From: Marispirochaeta sp.
GTDB taxonomy: Bacteria; Spirochaetota; Spirochaetia; JC444; Marispirochaetaceae
Assembly (NCBI GenBank): GCA_963676835.2
Contig: CAXXFF010000001.1
Coordinates: 448,001-512,000, forward strand
Reading direction: 5' to 3'
Length of the DNA: 64,000 nt
A model generated the notes under the pieces. It was not told where the DNA came from and ran no database searches. It saw nothing but the letters and a program-made list of their open reading frames with translations. The position numbers were made by a program, and so were the translations under genes. Shown piece by piece: positions 18,019 to 28,628 of the stretch; positions within the stretch are counted from its first letter, which is position 1; every line of letters starts with the position of its first letter.

Positions 18019-21000
18019 CTAAACCGGCATTTCCAGGCTGCAGGTAGTTCCGTTTCCACTGCTGACAGAGAATGTTCCATCAAGCTGGGCAGCGAGCATA
18101 TCGACCAGCTGCAGCCCGAATCCCGATTTTACCGCATCAGGGTCGAACCCGTCCCCGTTGTCACTGACTCTCAGGATAAGCTTGTTGTCTCCGGATTCGG
18201 CTTCGATGCTAAGCTCTGCTTTTTCAACATGTTTAAGGCCATGCTTCATGGCGTTGGAAATAAGCTCATAGATAAGGATACCCAGGGTTCCCGCTGTTCT
18301 GGCCGGGATAGTGATAGAAGGAATCGTAATCCGGGTTGCTACATTTCCCGGAAATGTGCCGGCAATTTCCCGTACCAGAGCTTCTATGTACTCATTGAGC
18401 ATAACATCCTGAAAGTTATCCCGCCGGTAGATTGTATCGTAGAGAACCATCATGCTGCTCAACCGCTCTTCAGCTTCAGTAAGAACCTCGGAAGCATGTG
18501 AATCATCAGAGTGGTGTGCCTGGATCCGCAAAAAACTCTTAATGGTAAGTACATTGTTTTTAATCCGGTGATGAACCTCTTTTAACAGCATCTCTTTCTC
18601 ATCCAGCAGTGCCTGTACCTTCAGTTCTGCTCTTTTCCGTTCATCAATATCAATGGTTGTTCCGGTAATACGCAGAGGTTTTCCGCCGGGGCTGCGTTCG
18701 ACCACTTTTCCCCTGAAAAGTGTCCATATCCACCCGCCTGATTTCTTTTTCATACGGATCTCATACTCGAAAAAATCGGTTTTCCCTGAAAAGTGTTCGG
18801 AAATTGAATGCCATGAAGGCTTTATATCTTTATGGTGAAACAGACCAGGTAGTTTTTTTGCCCTGAAAGGCTGCAGACTAGAGAGGTCATATCCCCCGAT
18901 TCCTGCAGTTCTCTCATCAATTACGATATTCCCCGAGGGAACATGCCAGTCCCAAAGGCCTGCTCGTGCTCCCTGCAGCGCAAGCGCAAGGCGTTCATCT
19001 GTTTCCCGCTGTTTGGTAATATCCACCAGATACCCCATGTAATGGGTAAGCTGTCCGGTGGAATCTTTCAGTTTATTTGTATAATTGGCTACCCAGATAT
19101 AGCGGCCGTCCGCACACCTCAGACGGTAAGGCTTATGCTCAAAGTGGCCGGATTCATCCAGGATTAGCTGGTCGTGCTCTGAGAGGACCCGGTTTAAATC
19201 ATCGGGGTGGATCATTTCCGTGTAGGAAATATCCCCCGAAACAAGACGATCAACAGGATACCCCAGAAGATAGAGCGCATTGTCAGATACATACTCTACA
19301 GGCCAGCCGGATGAGTTCTTCCATTTGAAAACCATAGTAGGTCCGGCAATAAACATGTTCCGCTCAATAAAGAGTTCCTGCTCAACCTGACGCAATTCGG
19401 TAATATCCTGGTTAACTCCATAAGCTTTAACTGTGCGCCCCGATGCGTCTTTAATAATGTAGGTACGCACTTTTACATAGCCGATTTCTCCGTCGGCATA
19501 GCGAATACGGTGTTCGAGCTGCCGGGTAAAATCGGAATCAGGAGCTGCCATTATAGCCCCGATCTCTTTCTCGACAAACCACATATCTTCAGGAACTACA
19601 TAGCGGCGGGTATACTCTGAAGACGACATGGTATAGCCCCCGGCCTCCTCGGCGGTGGTACGGTAAACACGGAAGAAATTATCATCAAAGGTAAAGGTAT
19701 CAGTTTCCAGATCCAGCTCCCAGGCTCCGGCCTTTGCCATCTGCAGTGCCTGTGAAAGCTGCTCCTCTCTTTTTCGGAGGGTTTCTTCTATTTCCTTTCG
19801 CTTGCTTATATCAATAAGGGTACTGAGCATACCGATAACCCTTCCCTCAGCATCTGTCAGGGGCATGGAATTATTCAGCACGGTAATTACGGAATTATCT
19901 TTTCTCCGGAGAGAATGTTCATAATTGATCAGCCTGCCGCCGCTGAGAAGCTCTGCATGAGCAGGCAGAACTACCACAGGATCAATATCTACATCGGCAA
20001 TAGACATATTCAGGAGTTCTTCTCTTGAGTAACCTAAAAGATCAAGGCCAGCCTGGTTACTGTCGACAAACTCTTTTTTCAGGTTGAAAAGAAAAATAGC
20101 TCCGATTGATCCATCGAAAATTCCGCGGAAGATTTCCTCACTTTCCCTGAGCTTTTCCTGGATCGCTTCCCTTTGCGCCTCAGACTCCTTGAAATCGGTG
20201 ATATCTATACCGGTAAATACAGAATACTTCTGATTACATATTTCTATTGGATCGAAAGATGAGAGGAGTGTTTTTTTATCCCCTGCTTTGTTAAAGAACT
20301 CCATCTCAAGATTATGCAGCCCCTCTCCCTTCTGCATTCTTTTGACTATTTCCTGCTGAACAGAAGGGTCGCTCCAGAGTTTAAGTTCTCTGGCAGTTTT
20401 CCCTGCAAGTACTTCATGGTTGAAACCGGTTGCACGGCAAAAGGCCTTATTGGCCTGATAGATTTGACCGTTTTCAGCCCTGGTTATAAGCTGTGGTACC
20501 GGGTTGGCATGGAAAACCCGTTGAAAGCTGTCTTCCGCCTGCCTGCGTTCGGTTATATCCTGGGTAACCCCCATATATCGTAAAGCGCTGTATTCACCAT
20601 CCCCCAGGGGCTCGCCAATATCATAGAGCCACCGGACTGTTCCATCGGGCCGGATAATTCTGTACTCAAGCTCGAAAACCGAGCGGGAGAGTATCGCCTC
20701 ATTGCACCGGGCTCTATAATCCTCCGCATCATCTGGATGTAAAAACCTGCTCACTTTCTCCTCCAGGGACGGAGAAGGTTCGGAGGGGTCTATTCCAAAA
20801 ATATGGTATAACTCCTCCGACCAGCGGCTTATATTATTTTCGGGATCGCATTCAAAGCTTCCAATATGAGCAATTTTCTGGGCCATGGAGAGGGACTGCT
20901 CATTTTTCAGTCTCTTTTCATACTCTGCCCGCTCCCTGTTCTTTGCCTGAAAAAGACGGAAAGCCATTTTTATTGATACATCAAGAACGGCTATGCCGGA

Positions 21001-21351
21001 ATTCTTTACAATAAAACCGTAGGACGTTACTTCTTCTACCTGTGAGATAAACTCTTTTTCTGTATGGGAGGAAAGAAAAACAATAGGCAGATCGGACTTT
21101 TTGAGTATACGTCGAGCCGCCTCAACACCGCTTATCCCGGCGCCGAGATCGATATCCATAAGGACAAGATCAATATCACCGGCAGAACATCTTTCAACCG
21201 CCTCTTCACCGGAGTGTACAATTACACTGGTATACCCAAGCTGACTGAGTTCTGCAGCTTCACTGATGGCAACGGTCTTGCAGTCTTCACAGATAAGAAT
21301 CTTTTTTCCGGTGTAAACTCCTGTCACCTGTACAGGATAACATCGAAACAT
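18019..21351 (-). CDS. Receiver-multi-PAS-HisKA_2 hybrid histidine kinase
   Basis: N-terminal REC (LVLMDIDL), several PAS/PAC domains, EVHHRIKNN H-box, ELISNAMKH, DNGDGF, GFGL. Confidence 0.9.
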   Translation of the reverse strand: MFRCYPVQVTGVYTGKKILICEDCKTVAISEAAELSQLGYTSVIVHSGEEAVERCSAGDIDLVLMDIDLGAGISGVEAARRILKKSDLPIVFLSSHTEKEFISQVEEVTSYGFIVKNSGIAVLDVSIKMAFRLFQAKNRERAEYEKRLKNEQSLSMAQKIAHIGSFECDPENNISRWSEELYHIFGIDPSEPSPSLEEKVSRFLHPDDAEDYRARCNEAILSRSVFELEYRIIRPDGTVRWLYDIGEPLGDGEYSALRYMGVTQDITERRQAEDSFQRVFHANPVPQLITRAENGQIYQANKAFCRATGFNHEVLAGKTARELKLWSDPSVQQEIVKRMQKGEGLHNLEMEFFNKAGDKKTLLSSFDPIEICNQKYSVFTGIDITDFKESEAQREAIQEKLRESEEIFRGIFDGSIGAIFLFNLKKEFVDSNQAGLDLLGYSREELLNMSIADVDIDPVVVLPAHAELLSGGRLINYEHSLRRKDNSVITVLNNSMPLTDAEGRVIGMLSTLIDISKRKEIEETLRKREEQLSQALQMAKAGAWELDLETDTFTFDDNFFRVYRTTAEEAGGYTMSSSEYTRRYVVPEDMWFVEKEIGAIMAAPDSDFTRQLEHRIRYADGEIGYVKVRTYIIKDASGRTVKAYGVNQDITELRQVEQELFIERNMFIAGPTMVFKWKNSSGWPVEYVSDNALYLLGYPVDRLVSGDISYTEMIHPDDLNRVLSEHDQLILDESGHFEHKPYRLRCADGRYIWVANYTNKLKDSTGQLTHYMGYLVDITKQRETDERLALALQGARAGLWDWHVPSGNIVIDERTAGIGGYDLSSLQPFRAKKLPGLFHHKDIKPSWHSISEHFSGKTDFFEYEIRMKKKSGGWIWTLFRGKVVERSPGGKPLRITGTTIDIDERKRAELKVQALLDEKEMLLKEVHHRIKNNVLTIKSFLRIQAHHSDDSHASEVLTEAEERLSSMMVLYDTIYRRDNFQDVMLNEYIEALVREIAGTFPGNVATRITIPSITIPARTAGTLGILIYELISNAMKHGLKHVEKAELSIEAESGDNKLILRVSDNGDGFDPDAVKSGFGLQLVDMLAAQLDGTFSVSSGNGTTCSLEMPV

Positions 21352-21435
21352 GTTTTTCAGGTATTAAAATCAGTCTGTACAGTTGCTGAACTGTTAAAGA
21401 ATAAGTCAGTTGAGCTGACCTATAGCTGTTTCACC

Positions 21436-22482
21436 TTAGAACTTGCCTATCCTCTTTAAGAGAACCCCGCCTGCAAGAGCCCCCAGGGAATTAAGCAGCA
21501 GATCATGAAATGACGATACCCGGGAAGGCAGCCATATCTGAGTAGTCTCTATTACCAGACTGAGCAGAAACCCGGCGGCAAGAGATATAATCAAGGCTTT
21601 CTTATTTGCCTGGCCGTTGAGGCGAATTACCAGCAGAAAGACAACTGCCCCCAGGGGCATGAAGCCGAAGAAGTTGAGAAAGACATCAAAAACAAAGGTC
21701 TGCAGAGAATCACCGGACTCCGGGGGCCGCAGATACGAAGGATACAATAAAGGCTTAAACGCCGGGATTTGCAATACCACCCTTGATCCGTTTTCTTTCA
21801 GCAGGGATGATGCGCCATCACTAACCTGTAGTTTAATAAAAGGGACAGCGGTATCAGTCATTTCCGGGTCAATCAGATCATTCCAGAACCGTAATGCGGT
21901 AACCTCTCCCCGCCATGGGTCCGTACCGAAGATACTGTTGCCGATAACCATGTGGGCGTTCTGTATATTTTCAGGCAGGGAAAGAATAAAGTCCCGGCTG
22001 GTCCTCACCAATTCATTATTCAGATAGACCGAGCTGCCGTCTCTTCCGGAGAGTATCAAAAGGACATTCGGACCCGGACTGAGGGGCAGATATATCTTGG
22101 GTTCATGCCGGCGGTTACTGAAGTCATCTCCGTTCATAAGCATAAGGGAACTGTCCCACTGGCCGACAAAAAGCTGTTCATTTCTGTTTCCGTCTGCTAT
22201 GGAAAAAAGTGAACGGAAACGGGTTTCCGCTGAAAAGTCCGGAGTAAATACTATTTCAAGTGAAAACCCTTCAGAGGGCCGGAAGCTGCTGAATACCCCG
22301 GCATCGGTATAGGCCATGCCATGTCCGGAAAATTCCAGGCTGTTCGTGTCGGTATGCAGAATCACTTCGTTTCTGAACTCATACCCCTTCAGGCGCAGGC
22401 CGAAATAGAGCATCCCGGCAGTCATACATGCAAGAAGAATAATCAGAAGCCAGACAGGCAGTTTATGTATTTTATTAATCAC
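21436..22482 (-). CDS. VanZ-family membrane protein with N-terminal LamG-like domain
   Basis: C-terminal DVFLNFFGFMPLG...SLVIETTQIWLPSRVSSFHDLLLNSLG; beta-rich middle. Confidence 0.75.
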   Translation of the reverse strand: MINKIHKLPVWLLIILLACMTAGMLYFGLRLKGYEFRNEVILHTDTNSLEFSGHGMAYTDAGVFSSFRPSEGFSLEIVFTPDFSAETRFRSLFSIADGNRNEQLFVGQWDSSLMLMNGDDFSNRRHEPKIYLPLSPGPNVLLILSGRDGSSVYLNNELVRTSRDFILSLPENIQNAHMVIGNSIFGTDPWRGEVTALRFWNDLIDPEMTDTAVPFIKLQVSDGASSLLKENGSRVVLQIPAFKPLLYPSYLRPPESGDSLQTFVFDVFLNFFGFMPLGAVVFLLVIRLNGQANKKALIISLAAGFLLSLVIETTQIWLPSRVSSFHDLLLNSLGALAGGVLLKRIGKF

Positions 22483-22522
22483 AGGGGAAAATTATCAGAT
22501 AAGACCGGTTCTGTCTGCCAAT

Positions 22523-22554
22523 AAAAAAACCGCTCCGTTTGTAAGGAGCGGTTT
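22523..22554 (-). terminator. Intrinsic terminator
   Basis: AAACCGCTCC/GGAGCGGTTT stem with T-run on the minus strand. Confidence 0.75.
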
Positions 22555-22573
22555 ACAGGGAATACACCAGCTG

Positions 22574-23029
22574 TTATCTGCGCCGGGCATAGCGGGCTGA
22601 ACCGAAATCCTCATCTTCGGAATCCCAGGCTCTGCGGCCGCCGTTTCCCATACCTGTGCCGTTGGCGGCATAACCTCTGCCGAGGGCTTCAAAGGTAAGT
22701 GTTTCGCCGTTAACTACCGCTTCTGTTACACTGATCACGGTTGCATCGGCATCGATATAGCGGCCGTAGCTGTCGTGTACATAGCCGGTAATAGTTGCTA
22801 CTGAACCATCGGCAATATCAAGGTCCTGCTCATAGCCCCGGGGAACCATTACCACATACTCTTCGCCGCCGCTGGTCAGAACGGGAAACTCTCCCGAAAG
22901 GTCGAGGGTTCCACTGAGGGTGCTAACTTCGCCTTCCCGGCCTAAACCGCGTTCTTCCTGTGCGCCTTCTGCGAACAGAGCCATTCCTGCAATCATTACT
23001 ACCAGTACACCAATTGTAAACCGTTTCAT
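22574..23029 (-). CDS. Exported hypothetical protein
   Basis: Signal peptide MKRFTIGVLVVMIAGMALFA; GAGGAGGA RBS; Gly/Arg-rich tail. Confidence 0.75.
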   Translation of the reverse strand: MKRFTIGVLVVMIAGMALFAEGAQEERGLGREGEVSTLSGTLDLSGEFPVLTSGGEEYVVMVPRGYEQDLDIADGSVATITGYVHDSYGRYIDADATVISVTEAVVNGETLTFEALGRGYAANGTGMGNGGRRAWDSEDEDFGSARYARRR

Positions 23030-23321
23030 ATTTCCTCCTCGGGGTCATGCCCCTTACTGCTTGTTTACAGAAACAAATCTAAAGCAGAGGTATGTACCGG
23101 CTGTAAACGTAAATTGAAGATCAGGTGAAGATATAAGTTTTTTTGCATTATTTTTTCTGAATTCTCTCTTTTTGCCATAGGGCATCTCTTCGTTATCTGT
23201 TGCCTCATTTTATGGTTCAATTTTTACTCCACTTATATATCACCTCATTACCCTTAGATTTCCCTTCAAAAAACGAATCAGATGCATTAGAATTGAAACA
23301 TACAGCTTGCGGGAAAAATGG

Positions 23322-26300
23322 ATGAAAAAGGTACCAGTAGTCGGGATAGGAGCTTCTGCCGGAGGACTTCAGGAAATTGAAAAATTCTTTCGTTCCTGGG
23401 GAGACCGCCAGGAGTGCGCCTTTGTGGTGATTCAACATCTGGCACCGGATCACAAAAGCCTCCTGCCGGAGATAATCACCCGTTTTACCAGCCTCAAAGT
23501 ATCCCAGGTTACCGAAAAAGTATTTGTTGAAGCAGGTCATATTTTTATCATCCCCCCGGGAATGCAGATTCAGCTCAGCGGTTCACAACTGACGGTAGAG
23601 CCCTCCAGCCGGGACCGGGTAAAAAATCTTCCCATAGATATTTTCTTTGCATCCATGAGCAAAAGTGCCGGAGAAAAATCTGCAGCCATAATCCTGTCGG
23701 GAACAGGAACAGACGGGACCCGCGGATTGCGTGAAGTAAAAGAGGCAGGCGGACTTGTGCTCGTCCAGACGCCGGAAACAGCGGAGTATAGCGGCATGCC
23801 CAATAGTGCCGCAGCCACAGGAATGGCGGATTATATCTGCCTTGTGGAGGAGATGCCGGAAATAATAGTCAGGGATATTCACACAAGTGCCAACCAGCTT
23901 AAAGATACCAGTTTTACCCCGGGAAATGACCTTCACAAAATGGAAACTATGTTCAGTTTACTTAAATCGAAGACCGGCATTGATTTTTCCCGCTATAAAA
24001 CGAAGACCATTCTTAGACGTCTAAACCGCCGGCTGGCGGTTCATAAGCTTTCCGGCTTTACAGAATATGTCGCCCTGCTGAAGAAAGATCCGTCGGAACT
24101 GCAGGCACTCTTTCGGGAATTTATTATCAGCGTTACCAGTTTTTTCAGAGACCGGGATGTCTTTGAGGTTATAAAGAACAAAATTATTCCCGAAGCAGTA
24201 CGTAATGCATCCGGAGCGCCAATCCGGGTATGGATCCCTGCCTGTGCAACCGGAGAAGAAGCCTATACCATTGCTATTCTTCTTCGGGAGTACCTGGATG
24301 CCAATTCTCTATCCAATGAGCTACAGATATTTGCTTCAGATATTGATCATACAGCCATTGAAAAAGCCCGTCGTGGAATATATCCAAAGAATATAGCTGC
24401 TGAGATCGATGAGGATATCCTGGCAGCTTATTTTGACGAAGAGACAGAAGGGTACAAGGTAAAAAACAGCATACGGGACAGTATTGTCTTTGCTGAGCAC
24501 AATCTGCTCTCTGACCCACCATATTCGCGGATAGACATAATCAGTTGCAGAAATCTTCTGATTTACCTGAACACGGAACTTCAGCACCAGGTTCTTTCAG
24601 TGTTCCATTATACCCTCCAGCCTGATGGAATTCTGGTGCTGGGAAAATCAGAAAACCCCGGAAAAAGCTCTGCAGGATTCAGTCCTCTGGATAAAAAAAA
24701 CAGGATATACAAAAAAGTGGAAGGCGAAATGTCTCACCACAAGTTCTGGCAGACAAGACCCTTGCGAAAACCGGCTGCTGTACTCAGGGCCGGAAATCAA
24801 CCGGTATCCATAGCCCAGAAGGCCAAAGAATTTATTCTGGAAAAAATTGCCCCGCCGAGTATCGTGGTAGACAACGAAGGGGACATGCTCTTTATTCAGG
24901 GAAAAACAGGCAGATTTCTGGAAAGCCCTTCCGGCGAAGTAAGCACGAATATACTGCGAAATGCCCGGGAAGGATTGCGTATTCCCCTTACCAATGGAAT
25001 ACGTAAATGCCGGCAGACCGGCGATGAAGTTATCAGCCGGGGAATAAAAATACAAACCGAAACTGATCCCTTTTTAACGGATATCTCCATAGCACCCTTT
25101 CCTTCGGATGTAACACGCCAGCTCTATATTATCAGTTTTCATGAATCCGGCTGCTTTCCTTCCGAAGAAAGAGTGCATATTCAAAACCTCAACGAGAGTC
25201 AGGTCATAGCCGAGCTTGAAAAGGAACTGACCGAGAAGGATGAGTACCTCAGACATACCATCGAAGAGCTGGAAAGCACTAATGAGGAGCTCAAATCAGC
25301 AAATGAAGAAGCTCAGTCTACCAATGAGGAGCTTCAGAGTACCAACGAGGAGCTGGAAACATCCAGAGAAGAACTCCAGTCCCTGAATGAAGAGCTTATT
25401 ACCACTAATGCGGAACTGAACAGCAAGGTGGAAGAATTGGACGAGGCCACCAGCAACCTGAAAAATCTTCTGGCGGCAACTGAGATTGCCACACTGTTTC
25501 TTGACGAAGATCTGAAAATATTCAACTTTACTCCGTCAATCAGCTCTATTGTCAGTCTCTACTCCACAGACCTCGGCCGTCCTCTGGCCCAGTTCTCACT
25601 CAATATCAACTACCCGAATCTTTTAGACAGTCTCAGGAATGTACTGTCCGGACAGGGCGCTGTTGAAGCTGAAGTTCAGAGCACCGACCGGCACATCTTC
25701 TGGATGCGAATCGCACCGTACCGGAACACGGACAACAACCCTCAAGGGCTGGTTGTTACATTTACCGATATAACGGAAAAACGAAAAAGTGATTTTGAAA
25801 TAAAACTCCTCAACAGTGTTATAGATAACGCACTGGAAGGCTATGATATCGTGGACAGTGATGGTCACTTTGTGTACGCCAATCCTTCCTACCTGAGGAT
25901 GTGGGGATATACTAACCTCTCTGAAGTTATCGGAACCTCCCCTGCGACCCATTGTGCGGATCCAGCCATGGCGCAAACAATAATAGCCACAGTCAGCGGT
26001 AAAGGAGCAACGGAGTTCGAGTTTAAAGCTCTCAGAAAAGACGGCTCGGAGTTTGATGTTCACATGAGTGTGATCAGTTATACAGATTTTGATGGTCACC
26101 GCTACTATGCAGGTTTTTCAAGAGACATAACAGAAAGAAAAAAGCATGAGGCTGAGCTGAAAAACTATCAGGATCATCTTGTAGACCTGGTGGAAGAGAA
26201 AAGCAGAGAACTTGCCGAAAGTGAGCGCCGGTACCGGAAAATCTCGGAACTTGCTGTGGATTATTCCTACAGTTACCTGGCCGACGAAGAGGGAAACCTC

Positions 26301-27650
26301 AAGCTTGACTGGCTGTTTGGAGCGTTTGAGCAGATAACCGGGTATCCCGTCAGAACAAATCTTATCGGCGATGAGGTACCCAATTTTATACATCCCGACG
26401 ATACTCCGGTTCTTCAGGAACGACGCAAGAATTATGCAAAAGGTATTACCGGCGTAGTGGAGGTTCGTATAATCACCAGGTCGGGAGAAATAAAGTGGAT
26501 AGAAGACAGAGGTGTTCCTGAGCTCGATCCGGCAACAGGCCGTCTTCTCCGTATTGTGGGAACGGCCCGTGAAATAACCATCAGAAAGCAGATTGAACGG
26601 GAGCTTAAAATAAGTGAAAGAAAGTTCCGGAACATTGCGGAAAATATTCCGGGATTGATTATGAAATATGTCAAATATCCCGATGGGACCAAGGAGTTTC
26701 TCTTTCTGGGTCAGTCGGTGGAACGGATATTTGAAATCCCCCACAGTGAAGCGATGAAAGATCCTGGAAAGCTGTGGGAACGAATTCATAATGATGACCG
26801 GGAAGGACTCAGGGATGCACTAAATAAGTCAGCCGATGGCGGCCCATATCCGGAGGTGGAAGTACGCCTGCAGTTTACCAATAACCGGATCAAGTGGATA
26901 TATTTCAAGGGCATTACTGTTCATGATCAACTGGACAAAAATATCTGGGATATTATTATCCTGGACATAACAGATCGGAAAGAGACTGAAGAATCCCTGC
27001 GACAGTCCAACATGCAGAGAGAAATCCTGCTTAAAGAGCTGCACCACCGGGTAAAGAACAACCTTCAGCTGATTTCGAGCATGCTCAGACTTCAGGCCAT
27101 GAATATCAACGACGTAGAGATATCCCGTATATACTCGGAAAATCAGGATCGGATTCACTGCATTGCCAAGCTCCATGAGATTCTGTATAGATCCAACAAT
27201 CTGAGCCATATAAATATCCGCACCTATCTGCTGGATATGATTCACTACCTGGTTGATTCTCATAAAAGCCCAGACCTGGCAATAAAACTGTCCACCCGTA
27301 TTCTTTCCCTGAATGTGAGCGTAGAGCAGGCTATCCCTCTGGGACTTATTGTTAACGAACTGGTAAATAACAGCCTCAAACACGCCTTTGTGGGAAAGAA
27401 AAAAGCAAAGGTGAGCATTATCCTCGATGAAGCGGAAAATTCCGGCTACGCACTGATTATGGAGGACGACGGCAAAGGGATGGATCCGGATATTTATAAT
27501 CAGAACGAAAGCGGTTTCGGCAGTTTTATAGTCAAATCGCTGGTAATGCAGGTTGGTGGAGAATTGCTGGTTGAAGCGAAAAACGGAACCCGCATCCAGA
27601 TAACTCTGCCCGAACTTCAAACCGCGGAACAGGGAAATGCATCACAATGA
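23322..27650 (+). CDS. CheB-CheR-PAS-HisKA_2 fusion protein
   Basis: CheB motifs GASAGG, QHL, SGTGTDG; CheR motif RVWIPACATGEEAYT; coiled coil; PAS repeats; ELHHRVKNN. Confidence 0.92.
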   Translation: MKKVPVVGIGASAGGLQEIEKFFRSWGDRQECAFVVIQHLAPDHKSLLPEIITRFTSLKVSQVTEKVFVEAGHIFIIPPGMQIQLSGSQLTVEPSSRDRVKNLPIDIFFASMSKSAGEKSAAIILSGTGTDGTRGLREVKEAGGLVLVQTPETAEYSGMPNSAAATGMADYICLVEEMPEIIVRDIHTSANQLKDTSFTPGNDLHKMETMFSLLKSKTGIDFSRYKTKTILRRLNRRLAVHKLSGFTEYVALLKKDPSELQALFREFIISVTSFFRDRDVFEVIKNKIIPEAVRNASGAPIRVWIPACATGEEAYTIAILLREYLDANSLSNELQIFASDIDHTAIEKARRGIYPKNIAAEIDEDILAAYFDEETEGYKVKNSIRDSIVFAEHNLLSDPPYSRIDIISCRNLLIYLNTELQHQVLSVFHYTLQPDGILVLGKSENPGKSSAGFSPLDKKNRIYKKVEGEMSHHKFWQTRPLRKPAAVLRAGNQPVSIAQKAKEFILEKIAPPSIVVDNEGDMLFIQGKTGRFLESPSGEVSTNILRNAREGLRIPLTNGIRKCRQTGDEVISRGIKIQTETDPFLTDISIAPFPSDVTRQLYIISFHESGCFPSEERVHIQNLNESQVIAELEKELTEKDEYLRHTIEELESTNEELKSANEEAQSTNEELQSTNEELETSREELQSLNEELITTNAELNSKVEELDEATSNLKNLLAATEIATLFLDEDLKIFNFTPSISSIVSLYSTDLGRPLAQFSLNINYPNLLDSLRNVLSGQGAVEAEVQSTDRHIFWMRIAPYRNTDNNPQGLVVTFTDITEKRKSDFEIKLLNSVIDNALEGYDIVDSDGHFVYANPSYLRMWGYTNLSEVIGTSPATHCADPAMAQTIIATVSGKGATEFEFKALRKDGSEFDVHMSVISYTDFDGHRYYAGFSRDITERKKHEAELKNYQDHLVDLVEEKSRELAESERRYRKISELAVDYSYSYLADEEGNLKLDWLFGAFEQITGYPVRTNLIGDEVPNFIHPDDTPVLQERRKNYAKGITGVVEVRIITRSGEIKWIEDRGVPELDPATGRLLRIVGTAREITIRKQIERELKISERKFRNIAENIPGLIMKYVKYPDGTKEFLFLGQSVERIFEIPHSEAMKDPGKLWERIHNDDREGLRDALNKSADGGPYPEVEVRLQFTNNRIKWIYFKGITVHDQLDKNIWDIIILDITDRKETEESLRQSNMQREILLKELHHRVKNNLQLISSMLRLQAMNINDVEISRIYSENQDRIHCIAKLHEILYRSNNLSHINIRTYLLDMIHYLVDSHKSPDLAIKLSTRILSLNVSVEQAIPLGLIVNELVNNSLKHAFVGKKKAKVSIILDEAENSGYALIMEDDGKGMDPDIYNQNESGFGSFIVKSLVMQVGGELLVEAKNGTRIQITLPELQTAEQGNASQ

Positions 27651-28000
27651 AAGGGCCGGTACTTCTTGTTGAAGATGAAATCATAATCGGGATCTCCCTG
27701 GTCTATGAACTGCAGAGCCGGGGATATGAGGTGATCTACCCTGTAACCTGTGAAGAAGAGGTTATGAGAGCCCTGAACAAGCATGATATTCAGATTATTA
27801 TCATGGATGTCCATCTGGCCAGGGGAGAAAACGGAGTAGAGATTGCAGAAAAAATAGTAGCGAAAAAGCCGCTGCCGATTATTTTTGCCACCGGAATGTC
27901 CGATCAGGAGACAATGCTTCGTGCACAAAAGCTTTCTCCCCTTGCCTATCTCACCAAGCCTCTGAACTACTCTGAGCTTCTGAAAATCCTGCCGGAATAA
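27647..28000 (+). CDS. Single-domain response regulator
   Basis: LLVEDE, IIMDV, FATG, YLTKP; ATGA overlap with the kinase. Confidence 0.9.
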   Translation: MKGPVLLVEDEIIIGISLVYELQSRGYEVIYPVTCEEEVMRALNKHDIQIIIMDVHLARGENGVEIAEKIVAKKPLPIIFATGMSDQETMLRAQKLSPLAYLTKPLNYSELLKILPE

Positions 28001-28097
28001 ACTTCTGCCAACGATTCTCCATCTGTTTTTAGCGCTTTTCTTTTCAGCAATGGGTGATATAATTGGCTGCAGATTACAACAACCCTAAAGAAAAACA

Positions 28098-28559
28098 ATG
28101 GATGCAGAAATAATAAACCTTTTTCTTGGCTCAGCCATTTCAATCTTCAATGACATGTTCGGTTTGCGGGTAAAATCCTGTCCTGCCTATGTACTGGGCA
28201 AGGAGATAAATCACCGATGGGAAATCTCCGGTCTTTTAGGCATTACCGGAGACTACTCGGGTATTATCTCTTTTCGTCTTTCTACACTGCTTGCGGATAA
28301 ACTGCTGGAAAAATCGGGCATTTTTCTAAACGATGAGGCAGACAGACAGGACACCATCAACAGCATGGTGGGTGAACTTACCAACATTATTTCATCTACT
28401 GTTTCCAACAGATTAAAAGGAAAATCAGTAAGCATCAGCCCTCCGGCAGTGGTTATGGGCCGGAACCATCAGATCGGCTGGCCCAGAACCGCACCGGTAA
28501 TTGCTATCCCTTTTTCCACCCAGTACGCCCCCTTTGAGGTGGCAGTCTGCATGGGCTAA
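28098..28559 (+). CDS. cheX: CheX-family chemotaxis phosphatase
   Basis: ISGLLGITG and GELTNII (ExxN motif), ISPP. Confidence 0.85.
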   Translation: MDAEIINLFLGSAISIFNDMFGLRVKSCPAYVLGKEINHRWEISGLLGITGDYSGIISFRLSTLLADKLLEKSGIFLNDEADRQDTINSMVGELTNIISSTVSNRLKGKSVSISPPAVVMGRNHQIGWPRTAPVIAIPFSTQYAPFEVAVCMG

Positions 28560-28586
28560 AAAAATGCACCCCGCTGTGAGGTGCAA
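28558..28586 (-). terminator. Probable terminator between convergent genes
   Basis: TGCACC/GGTGCA stem next to an A-run. Confidence 0.5.
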
Positions 28587-28628
28587 GTTGAGATACATAA
28601 TAAAGTGCATATTTAAGCGAAAACAGTC

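Noticed and set aside
25260..25420. Near-periodic GAGGAGCT/ACCAA repeats as a CRISPR-like array
   Set aside because: These are 21-nt coding heptad repeats (EELxSxN) of the CheBR coiled coil; there are no spacers or cas genes, and no CRISPR array was seen in the window.
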